A stretch of 26,809 bases of DNA from positions 1 through 26,809 of the forward strand of contig DAOWGI010000023.1 of NCBI GenBank assembly GCA_030637655.1. Direction: 5' to 3'. This document shows positions 19,701 to 26,809 of the stretch, piece after piece. The notes beneath the pieces were generated by a model, which saw nothing but the letters and a program-made list of their open reading frames with translations, had not been told where the DNA came from and made no database searches. The position numbers were made by a program, and so were the translations under genes. The stretch's first letter is position 1. Each line of letters starts with the position of its first letter. Source of the stretch: a candidate division FCPU426 bacterium (GTDB taxonomy: Bacteria; Oederibacteriota; JAAXVQ01; JAUVAV01).

Positions 19701-22700
19701 GAATGCGGTCATGGCGGCATTAGGAAAAGAACGAGCGAAGTTGTTCCCTGAAGCGAAGGAAGATCCCAGGGAGATACAGTCGCCGGATATTTTGACAGGG
19801 AAAATAATTCAAGCAATAAAAGCCGGGAATGCCATTGCCGAGGCGGATAAAAAAGCCCTGGTCGCAGTTGACACCGAAATCCGTATCCAATGTTTTTACG
19901 AGTGCATGCGGACAAATAAACAGGGAACACTAAGCAATCTGGATATATTCCAGCTTGCTTCAATTGATTTAGCGGTATTTTTGCATAAAGATATGCCCGA
20001 GATTCTGAAAGAAGTGTCAGGCGTTATTGGGACCATGACAGCTGAATTAAACTCCGGCAGTTATGAAGGCTGGAGTGATAAGACAAGTATAATTACAGAG
20101 AAAAGCCGGAAAGTACGGGATCAGTTTGAATTAATAGAAAAAAACGGGGATGCAGATCAAAAAGACGGCCGCCGGCAGGCAACTATATTGTTTACTTTAA
20201 TGAAAATAAATAATTCCGCAGCCAGGGCAATTACGGCTTTTGATAAAATAAAAGACAGCTTGGCTACCCTGGAGAACAAAGATTCGGCCGGCACCATAAG
20301 CAAGGGCCGTCTCAGCATGTATTTACTCAGGCATATGTTTTCGCCGGCCAATATTATAGCTTTAAGCGAAAATCTGCCTACAGCGGCTGCGCCCAATCTG
20401 TTCCAAAATGCGCTTAATCAGCTAATGCAATTGGAGGAAAAAGAATCCGCTGGTGATTTTTGCATAAAAGATATTTATTGGAAAAAGAGTCACACGATTA
20501 TTGTTGATTTGAGTAACCGGGCGGGTTTTTTCAAAAAAGACCGGAAATTGCAGGTGCCTACAGCCGAAGTCTTGGTAACCGATAAAGTCAAAGCCGGACC
20601 TAAACCCAGTTTGCCAAAGGTTAAGCGTTTCTCTGGAAAATTATCAAATAAAGATATAAATGCTTGGGCTGATAATATTTTGAATAAAATCGAAGCGGAC
20701 GGCTCTATTAACAGCGATAACCAGAAGCAATTCGCCGAAATTAAGAAGAAAATTTCCGCGGCTGATCTCAAAATCCGTATTCTTCTGGCCCAAGCCTGCC
20801 TGAAAAAAGATGCCTTACGAAGCTTTAATCATTGCGATATTTTTAAGTTAAAAGAGCTCGGACTGGATTTGCGCGTACAAGAGAATGATCATGATTTTGG
20901 AAATATTATGGGTGCGAGGTTGGGTAGAGTGTCTTTAGTCGTAACAGATTTGGAAGAAAAACCATATTTTGACGGTCAGGAAGACATTGTCGAATCACTT
21001 AAATCCAAATCCAGCCGATGCATTCGTAATTATACAATCATAAATAAGTATATAAAAATTATTAAGAATATCGAAAAAGCGGAAAAACAACTCGCAGATA
21101 TCAAGGAACATTTAGCAGGGTCAATTTCAAACGAAGAGCGAAATGATTTTAAAGCGGAGAAAAATACTTTGAAAAAAAACCTGAAATTCTATCTGGATAA
21201 CCTGGTTGAGGCTGCTAAAAAAAATAGCACGGCTGAAAATATCCCGGAACTTTTTATTACACTCGTGAACAGGGGATTGGCAGATAAAGCCATACGAGAC
21301 CATTGGTGGCAAGCGCTGCTTTTGTCTCCCATGTTGGAGATCAACCAGGACATGGCTGAGATGCACGAAAAATTGTCAGAACTGCAGAATCTCCTTATGA
21401 AGGGCAAGCTTGCTGATATTGATAAGCAATTGGCAGCATCAATATCAGCAAGCTATTTTGGAATCTTCTTGCTGAAAGATGTATTTTCAGATGAAAAAAT
21501 ATTCAGATTGGCCGCCGAGCCGCAACAAGTTGATTTGCAGCAGGTTTTTATAGCAGCCCAGAAAAACTTTGAAAGTGAGGAAAATATTTCTGTCAATTTA
21601 GTCACCAGTCCTGATTTCTTCGATAAGCCGCACATGGTTGAGGGTGATTATGGCGGGATATTGGATAAAATATTGGCAAATCTGGTAAAAAATGCCAAAG
21701 ATGAACTGGAGAAAAATGCCAAATCAGCTCAAGCAGAAGAAAAGGAATTTTCTGGAAAGATTTTGATCATTTTTGGCCAAAACGAGATCACGGTTCAGGA
21801 TAATGGCACCGGCATTCCAGCAGAGCGTTTGCGGATAGATGAAAACGACATACGGAATTTCGGTGTTACCACCAAGAAAGAAACAGGCGGCAGCGGTATT
21901 GGGGTTTTTGTAGTTAATCAGAGGATGGAAAGTCTGTCCGGTGAACTAGAAATCTCCAATCTAAAAGATCCGGATACCGGGGAGATAGTTGGCGCGGAAT
22001 TTAAATGCGTCTTCCAGCCATCCTCGCCTGGCACGTCTTATGTTGCGGAAGATAAAGTGTTCTCGAGAGTTATTGCGGAATTATCTAGAAGTGAAGCAAA
22101 AACGTACGAGCCGGAACATGCTTTGCCTAAAGAGCCAAAAGCGGCCAAGAAAGAAATCGCCCCAAAAAAACCTGCCAAGGAAAAACCTGCCGGGCCGAAA
22201 CGCACAGCTAAGACTAAAGGTAAAGTTACAGTCCCAAAAGTTAAGAAGCTGCAAGTTATTGATATGCCTTTAATTGTCAAGGAGAAAATTAATCCGAAAA
22301 TAAACGAAGCTATGACCAGGGCAATTCTATGGGTAGAGCAGTTGGCGTACTTGATGGATTTGTATATGAAAAAGGAGAGCCTATCCGGCGAACAATACCA
22401 GAGTCTGGAAAAAATACGCGACTCACTGGAGTCAAAGAAAAAGGAAATACTTGCTGAATTTGAAATCCTGTGCAATATCATGCAACCGAAGTTATTCAAA
22501 TCGTCAAGGGGTGAGGCAGGAGCCGACAGTTTGGTCTCGGAGTCCCCGAGCTTTTTGGAGCAATTTGCAAAAATAAATCAAGTAGTGGCCGGGATTTCTG
22601 TTGAATTATCAGATTTGCGGGAATATGCGGATCACAATCAGATAAATTACGCGGGAACCGCGATAGACGCGGAAGACAAGATTGACGTGATCACTGAAAC

Positions 22701-25242
22701 GGAACAAGCGATGGCTCAGGTGGCACGGGTATTTTCAGATGATATTCACAAAGATCAGGATTCAAAAAGAGCGAAAAAAAGGGAGCGTAAAAGACCTGGA
22801 AAAGACCCGGAAAAATATTTGTATGATGGCAAGGCCGCGCCGACGTCCGGCGGTATTATGCCAAGTGTAGTTGGAGCTGTGGGAGCAATTAAAGAATTTG
22901 ACCTGTTTCTGGCTATGGGAATAGGCACTCTGGCGGCTGCTGCTGTTTTAGGAATAGCGATGTTCATAGGCGGTCTGGCGCCGGCCATAGTGGTGACAGC
23001 AGCAAGTATAGCCTTTGTGGTGTTTGGGGGACTCGCGCTGAAAGCACAGCAGATGATGAGTATCCAAAAATTTTCGCTGGACAAGGAAGCGATTGTAGCG
23101 ATGATCCGGCGGGGCTTGTCCGGCGTGATCAAAATATGGCCGACCACGAAAAAAATCATCATTGCCAATGCTACGCGGCTGCCAGGTCCAACTCGCGGTC
23201 AAGGGAAAGGCGTGGTGCTTTATTGCACAATTATTCCGATAGTAGGCTGCACGGCTTTGCTCGGTGATTCCAATGTTTGGCTTGCTCTGGGCATGATGAT
23301 GGTTGTGTCCCTATGGAAATTATTCCACTTGAATTTCAGGAAAATTGCACTGGGGGTGCTTTCGCTTCGGCTGTTTATTGATAATAGGCTATTATCCACG
23401 TTCTTCTCCCGGGAAAAAATAAAAACAGAAAATACCGCTTACACCGCTGAAGAACTGAAACAGCTGAAAAGCCTGTACCTGGTTTTTAACACTAAGATAC
23501 CAGAAAAATTCCGCCGCTTGGCGCGCAAAAAGCTTAGCGCAAAAGAACAATTTAAATATGCCCGTGAAGCAGCGCGTATTCAGTCAGAGCTGGTCAAGGA
23601 CTGGATCGCGGAAAGAAAACTTTCGGAGAAGCTGGGGCAAGACTTGCAGGAATTTTTCCGGCAGTCACAAATAATGACCTTGGCCACCCATTACTATCTT
23701 CCGCCGGTAAAAGATATTAATCCATATTTGATTAATTGGTTGACTAAATTTCGGGGAACCGACACTTTCATGCACGCATTAAATGTGGTGGAGCCGGGTA
23801 TCTTTATGGAAATAGCGGGTAATCCGAAAATCCGGCAGGTAATCCTCACTCCGGCGCTGGAATTTTTTGCTGAGGAGGAAGGTGAGGTTGTCCTTTTCCG
23901 TTTGCCTCTTGAGTTTGACGCTGCCCAACAAAAAATGTTTCAAAAAAAAGTAAGGGAATTTGCCTATCAGGAAATAGGGAACCCGTATAATATGTCGAAA
24001 ATCATCTGGGGCTATCTGGGGGAATGGCTGGAAGACGGCTGGATTTGTACTGATTTGATTTTAAAGCAGTTGCAGGCTGCCGGAGTTGAGTTGCGTCCTG
24101 TCAGACAATTTTTCAACCTTTATCCATTCGTTTTTTCGGCTATCCCGGTGATTCCCCTGCTGGTATTGGCAATTGCGGCATTTGGATTCAATGGCCATAT
24201 AATTGGTTTGCTGGCAGTCGTTTATGCAGGACTTTGTTTCAGTTATCATAATGTTATCTCCGCGCACCGCATGTTTAAAGGTACGGTTGCAGGCAAAGAA
24301 CTGAAATGTGCATATGAACCACGACGGCATAAACGGAGTAATTGGATATTATTGAATCGCTATTTATGGCATTCCCAGCCGAACAAAGGATTCTGGGAAA
24401 GTTTCCTGCCCAGCGGTGATGAAAGCCTGACCACGAAAATTACTCTTGCCGCAACCGCGGTAGTTTTAGGCCTGCGCTGGATTTATCCTGATTTTAACTG
24501 GCTAGAATCCTTGCATGAAATGATTGCACATTTTACCAAACCTGGGCAGGAAATTCCGGAAATCCGCAGATCTTTGGCTGGGCTGCCTATGTTAGTGCTT
24601 CTCTCAATTTCTTGGGATGTCAAATTGCCGCTCAGATTAATGCAAAGGGGAATGAAGATTATAGCGCCGCCCTCAGTGTGGACAAAGTGGATTGAAAAAA
24701 TAATGAGAACCAGTGAGACCCTGCCCAGACGCATAGAAAACGTGATATATAAGCTATGTCAGAGTATAAATCCGGAAGCGTATATCAAGGTTGTGCAAGA
24801 CGGTATAATTGAACCGCGTTTAAAAACATTGCTCGAAAAAATATCCAGGCATAAGGACTATCCGAAATATGCGAAAGAACCGGACAAAATGACTGAATTG
24901 CTTATTCAAGAGATGACTGGCATGCTGAAAGCACAAAGCCGCGAGATAAAGAGGCTGGAAAAAACAGGTGAGTTTGAAAAAATGCAGAGATTACGTGTAG
25001 AACAACATAAATCCGTGATAGCGTTCCTGGAGATTTTAAGTAAAATAGCCGTATTCAATGTAGCTAAAATAGGAGAATTGAAAGATAAAGATATATTGGC
25101 GCCCATAAGGTTGCGGGAATTTCCCCGGGAATGGGGAATAATGATCGATATTTTACGGAAAATTCCAGTTATAAGATTAAATAATAAAGATCTATTTGAC
25201 CGGCCCCGCCGGATAAATATTATTACCGAGTGGGCGGTGTAG
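16732..25242 (+). CDS. Giant multidomain protein 2 (~2836 aa): same N-module, histidine-kinase-like region with HATPase_c, multiple TM segments, permuted papain-like domain, conserved C-tail
   Basis: Uninterrupted ORF; ATG 16732 is preceded by AAGGAAGG and preferred over TTG 16708; paralogous termini with giant 1. Confidence 0.92.
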   Translation: MDTVFRRPIFLANRHKPWIKVVAFLLMLTFIFPGLTWTFAETSFQPETPPICINQQIVEIPEKLGKIIKSFQGNKKLIIHIQDQHCNYEVQKNIAGLIDYLAGKHGLELVGVEGAGLPVNVTKLSTFPVESVKKEVGDYFVKLGKISGPEFYAATGRYPVCLQGVETAKHYAANRECVQRFLNAESQGYVYDLRYALDEIKQNIYDSRLIRFAAHKTAFQTGELSLLKYARYLHKYAGRQGLALSAYPQVRCYISKQMEILPQEVDSDQLLDELDRLEIWLRTSLYTTTEQQQMDELLRCLEIIEKLLNISVRPEELAEYRAYPEKYQIEHFVKFISRYSEDQEYYLDQEIYTLNHYLEQAKDFYAMADQRSLDFVENLEKRMEEQGTGQAILVTGGYHTEIITHELRRRGISFISVRPVLRQLDNANPYFSLLRNRRTSLEKMLAWNQKYLSLGMYFMEWIDDQVVLKEKQLPPAIRLDYKILQMTLILWWLKKQVAKGELTEAEFQGVQEYFMAHYPAFSQENGALNLNNIKAFKDTILVALAGRENCAAIYPQDLGKRVPSGLISSLPIKGYEIGFYANQQKPKLEAAFSAGQAAGSEDRVLELITAHMLPWSPLMRPGVRAVLPVIKRSWEQGRIWVMQKFQQLQETVITGLRAWRMQLKQAGLALGTIDLKISDIKTWSVLLRGIWRRNSSLIFYFLPYAPIIAYSLLLANGNNPDILAVGILYSPKIKLKEQSPDRPNTTEAWQAFFNDLESAGDNQIVKILKSIKTQYFVQISEFIRTSARERPQDLELIKRVQQKITKFKTTSDYTDFLGSNITVPTSEKVAVENARVFSSYLDGILMVVDKIIPVPEKNQVIITNLSSIDAIITDDRFRSQLNLLEEAVTAFFNIISDIDVELVKAHAPYAKSMALADFLFAYWAFGKDKKTLNLLIKNIYNCESFSVQERMAINKFIMSLEQSKIKISARHAGFPEIAEAAEVKAITPRRNAVMAALGKERAKLFPEAKEDPREIQSPDILTGKIIQAIKAGNAIAEADKKALVAVDTEIRIQCFYECMRTNKQGTLSNLDIFQLASIDLAVFLHKDMPEILKEVSGVIGTMTAELNSGSYEGWSDKTSIITEKSRKVRDQFELIEKNGDADQKDGRRQATILFTLMKINNSAARAITAFDKIKDSLATLENKDSAGTISKGRLSMYLLRHMFSPANIIALSENLPTAAAPNLFQNALNQLMQLEEKESAGDFCIKDIYWKKSHTIIVDLSNRAGFFKKDRKLQVPTAEVLVTDKVKAGPKPSLPKVKRFSGKLSNKDINAWADNILNKIEADGSINSDNQKQFAEIKKKISAADLKIRILLAQACLKKDALRSFNHCDIFKLKELGLDLRVQENDHDFGNIMGARLGRVSLVVTDLEEKPYFDGQEDIVESLKSKSSRCIRNYTIINKYIKIIKNIEKAEKQLADIKEHLAGSISNEERNDFKAEKNTLKKNLKFYLDNLVEAAKKNSTAENIPELFITLVNRGLADKAIRDHWWQALLLSPMLEINQDMAEMHEKLSELQNLLMKGKLADIDKQLAASISASYFGIFLLKDVFSDEKIFRLAAEPQQVDLQQVFIAAQKNFESEENISVNLVTSPDFFDKPHMVEGDYGGILDKILANLVKNAKDELEKNAKSAQAEEKEFSGKILIIFGQNEITVQDNGTGIPAERLRIDENDIRNFGVTTKKETGGSGIGVFVVNQRMESLSGELEISNLKDPDTGEIVGAEFKCVFQPSSPGTSYVAEDKVFSRVIAELSRSEAKTYEPEHALPKEPKAAKKEIAPKKPAKEKPAGPKRTAKTKGKVTVPKVKKLQVIDMPLIVKEKINPKINEAMTRAILWVEQLAYLMDLYMKKESLSGEQYQSLEKIRDSLESKKKEILAEFEILCNIMQPKLFKSSRGEAGADSLVSESPSFLEQFAKINQVVAGISVELSDLREYADHNQINYAGTAIDAEDKIDVITETEQAMAQVARVFSDDIHKDQDSKRAKKRERKRPGKDPEKYLYDGKAAPTSGGIMPSVVGAVGAIKEFDLFLAMGIGTLAAAAVLGIAMFIGGLAPAIVVTAASIAFVVFGGLALKAQQMMSIQKFSLDKEAIVAMIRRGLSGVIKIWPTTKKIIIANATRLPGPTRGQGKGVVLYCTIIPIVGCTALLGDSNVWLALGMMMVVSLWKLFHLNFRKIALGVLSLRLFIDNRLLSTFFSREKIKTENTAYTAEELKQLKSLYLVFNTKIPEKFRRLARKKLSAKEQFKYAREAARIQSELVKDWIAERKLSEKLGQDLQEFFRQSQIMTLATHYYLPPVKDINPYLINWLTKFRGTDTFMHALNVVEPGIFMEIAGNPKIRQVILTPALEFFAEEEGEVVLFRLPLEFDAAQQKMFQKKVREFAYQEIGNPYNMSKIIWGYLGEWLEDGWICTDLILKQLQAAGVELRPVRQFFNLYPFVFSAIPVIPLLVLAIAAFGFNGHIIGLLAVVYAGLCFSYHNVISAHRMFKGTVAGKELKCAYEPRRHKRSNWILLNRYLWHSQPNKGFWESFLPSGDESLTTKITLAATAVVLGLRWIYPDFNWLESLHEMIAHFTKPGQEIPEIRRSLAGLPMLVLLSISWDVKLPLRLMQRGMKIIAPPSVWTKWIEKIMRTSETLPRRIENVIYKLCQSINPEAYIKVVQDGIIEPRLKTLLEKISRHKDYPKYAKEPDKMTELLIQEMTGMLKAQSREIKRLEKTGEFEKMQRLRVEQHKSVIAFLEILSKIAVFNVAKIGELKDKDILAPIRLREFPREWGIMIDILRKIPVIRLNNKDLFDRPRRINIITEWAV
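16780..18085 (+). other. Conserved N-terminal module of giant 2
   Basis: KVVAFLLMLTFIFPGLTWTF, IHIQDQHCNYEVQ, VEG, GKISGPEF, QGVE, RS, VTGGYHTE, NPYFSLL. Confidence 0.8.
21520..22020 (+). other. HATPase_c (GHKL) histidine-kinase catalytic domain within giant 2
   Basis: N box ILANLVKNA, G1 VQDNGTGI, F-box region FGVTTK, G2 GSGIG, terminal GAEF. Confidence 0.9.
23660..24100 (+). other. Permuted papain-like amidase domain (YiiX/YaeF, peptidase C92-like) within giant 2
   Basis: INWLT..FMHA (His codon 23773), ME (Glu 23809), FR, IGNPY, WICTDLI..LQAAG (Cys 24046): the His-before-Cys order of permuted NlpC/P60 enzymes. Confidence 0.75.
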
Positions 25243-25248
25243 AAAGGT

Positions 25249-25275
25249 CAGGGGATGGAATCACTTCGGCCCCTG
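25249..25275. terminator. Weak possible terminator hairpin between convergent genes
   Basis: CAGGGG...CCCCTG immediately after the giant 2 stop; long loop and poor U-tract. Confidence 0.25.
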
Positions 25276-25325
25276 CTATATTTGTAAAACCAGATACTTT
25301 ACTAGGAGCTTGAGCAACTAAATGC

Positions 25326-26186
25326 TCACACTCCTAGGTCCCCCGTCACTCGATGGGTGGACCAGATTAAACTGTTGATGCTGTTTTTATTCTGCTTCTT
25401 GGCGGAATACATAATAGTGTCGGCAATCTTCAGCATTTCGCTTACATTTTCAGGCAGTAAATGGAATGTAACTACCCCAATGCTTAAGGTGACATCCCAA
25501 TTATTTTGTTTGAAATTATCAACACAAACATCTTTGATCCTTTGGATCACGATAGCTGCCTCTTTTTCATTGGTTCCAGGAAATAATAAAGCGAACTCAT
25601 CCCCGCCGATTCTCGCTAAAATGTCAATTTCGCGGATATGGATTTTTGTTTTTTCCGCCAGCTTGCGTAATAATTTATCGCCTACATCATGACCCAGAGT
25701 ATCATTGAGGTTTTTAAAATTATCTAAATCAATATAGGCCAAGGATAACGTCGTTTGCAACCGTTGGGCGCGTTTTATTTCATGTTTCGCTTTCTGAAAA
25801 AAAGCGTGTCGATTATAGATTTGCGTAAGATCATCGGTCATGGCCAGCTTTTTTTGAATTTCCAAGGCCATGCGAAGTTTCGCGGTAATGTAAGCTACTG
25901 ACACAAAAACAAGACAGCGCAATGTTTCGTTGATAAAAGGAATCCAAGGTTTTGAAAATTTATCCACTAATAATAAGTCCGCGCTCAGCCAGGACAAAGT
26001 ACAAATGATTACTATTGCTATTCCTTTTTTAAATCCGAGAAACCAAGTGATGGCAAAAATTGGGAATAAATAGAACAAAGACAACGCGTATTCATGTCCG
26101 GTTAGGTAACGAATTACTCCGATCAAAAGAGCGGCAAATATATTTATACTCATCAGTATTTTGGGATGTTTATTTAAAAAATACAT
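25326..26186 (-). CDS. Membrane-bound diguanylate cyclase (GGDEF domain; N-terminal ~4-TM DUF4118-like sensor)
   Basis: TDDLTQIYNR, IDLDNFKNLNDTLGHDVGD, intact ARIGGDEF, RxxD I-site (REID), SIG, AD..MY.AK. Confidence 0.95.
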   Translation of the reverse strand: MYFLNKHPKILMSINIFAALLIGVIRYLTGHEYALSLFYLFPIFAITWFLGFKKGIAIVIICTLSWLSADLLLVDKFSKPWIPFINETLRCLVFVSVAYITAKLRMALEIQKKLAMTDDLTQIYNRHAFFQKAKHEIKRAQRLQTTLSLAYIDLDNFKNLNDTLGHDVGDKLLRKLAEKTKIHIREIDILARIGGDEFALLFPGTNEKEAAIVIQRIKDVCVDNFKQNNWDVTLSIGVVTFHLLPENVSEMLKIADTIMYSAKKQNKNSINSLIWSTHRVTGDLGV

Positions 26187-26324
26187 TATGTTTACCTGTG
26201 TTTTTGGACATATATATACGTGCCAGGCCCATTAAATTTTTGGTTTTTCAAGCAAGCCATAGCTTTTCAGTTATTTACAGTATACTATATTAAGTTCCGG
26301 GTAAACCATAATTTTATTTTTCTT

Positions 26325-26483
26325 GTAACATGTCAGTGAAGCATTTTTTTAGTTTGTCATTCCCGAACGGTTTAATCGGGAATCTGGTTTTAAACCGTAT
26401 CCCCGATATAAGCATTCGGGGATGACAGGGTGGGGGCTGCATTCACGGATGAGAAACAAAAAAACGCATGACCGACATGTTAC
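26325..26483. mobile_element. MITE-like element with ~35-bp imperfect terminal inverted repeats enclosing a REP doublet
   Basis: Left arm GTAACATGTCAGTGAAGCATTTTTTTAGTTTGTCAT (26325-26360); reverse complement of the right arm (26449-26483) is GTAACATGTCGGTCATGCGTTTTTTTGTTTCTCAT. Confidence 0.5.
26355..26427. repeat. Inverted REP doublet of GTCATTCCCG type (RPE/dRS3-like)
   Basis: TGTCATTCCCGAA...TTCGGGGATGACA with two inner hairpins, ATTCCCGA-N9-TCGGGAAT and ATCCCCGA-N9-TCGGGGAT. Confidence 0.8.
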
Positions 26484-26555
26484 TTTTTCTGTAAGTAACC
26501 TATCAGTTATGGTACTAAATAGCTCCTGTTGCGGAAAGACTGTTTTCTGAAAAGA

Positions 26556-26586
26556 CTGTCATACCCGAATGATTTTGCCGGGTATC
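26556..26586. repeat. Third, single GTCAT-type REP unit
   Basis: CTGTCATACCCGAATGATTTTGCCGGGTATC, containing the hairpin ATACCCG..CGGGTAT. Confidence 0.6.
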
Positions 26587-26588
26587 TT

Positions 26589-26616
26589 GTAGGGGCGCGA
26601 TTAATCGCGCCCCTAC
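26589..26616. repeat. GTAG-family REP, perfect 28-bp palindrome
   Basis: GTAGGGGCGCGATT|AATCGCGCCCCTAC. Confidence 0.85.
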
Positions 26617-26809
26617 CTTAGCCCTGCTTTTTCATAGATGACAGCCAAACGGCACTTTTAGTACCGTAAGAAGCTGTGAAATAATTGATTCATAAAATGC
26701 CGTTATTATTTTCAAGGCATTTTTTTCTTCTTTCTTTACATCAAGAAACACATCCTCTCAGATTACTCCCTGAATTTGGTTTTTTCTGGAGAATTGTTCC
26801 AACGCGCCT

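Noticed and set aside
22126-22248. Lys/Pro/Ala-rich segment resembling histone H1 or TonB
   Set aside because: Short low-complexity interdomain linker; composition alone is not evidence of function.
22759-22803. NLS-like basic stretch suggesting a eukaryotic target
   Set aside because: Basic patches commonly precede TM segments (positive-inside rule); no independent support.
4673-25106. Many 60-160-aa antisense or alternate-frame ORFs inside the two giant genes
   Set aside because: Expected shadow ORFs; none looks like an immunity protein or a known family.
26340-26670. Possible CRISPR array or tRNA in the palindromic region
   Set aside because: No regularly spaced direct repeats with unique spacers and no cloverleaf/T-loop; better explained by REPs.
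26741-26809. Possible 3' end of a minus-strand gene at the right edge
   Set aside because: More than one short frame is open and the fragment is too short to choose or annotate.

Overview
A 26.8-kb bacterial window dominated by two tandem, co-oriented giant paralogous genes (3990 aa and ~2836 aa). They share a ~450-aa N-terminal module (export-signal-like segment plus IQDxH/VEG/GVE/RS/GGYH domain) and a ~85-aa C-terminal tail ending RPxR(L/I)NI..A(A/V), but carry unrelated central cargo. Giant 1 carries a domain with the motif order of the SidJ pseudokinase/glutamylase, followed by about 2.3 copies of a ~750-aa helical repeat. Giant 2 carries a partly duplicated histidine-kinase module (H-box plus HATPase_c), a long hydrophobic hairpin and a membrane-flanked permuted papain-like (YiiX/YaeF, NlpC/P60 clan) domain. 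This looks like a polymorphic 'conserved cap - variable enzymatic cargo - conserved tail' exported protein system. Flanking genes: the 3' end of a gene with a T9SS-A/FlgD-like C-terminal domain, a secreted basic protein, a DUF2378/V4R-like protein, a nitroreductase, an exported protein with a decayed RRM fragment at its N-terminus, and a convergent membrane GGDEF protein. The right end holds nested REP/MITE-like palindromes. All family calls are by-eye motif recognition; no database searches were run.
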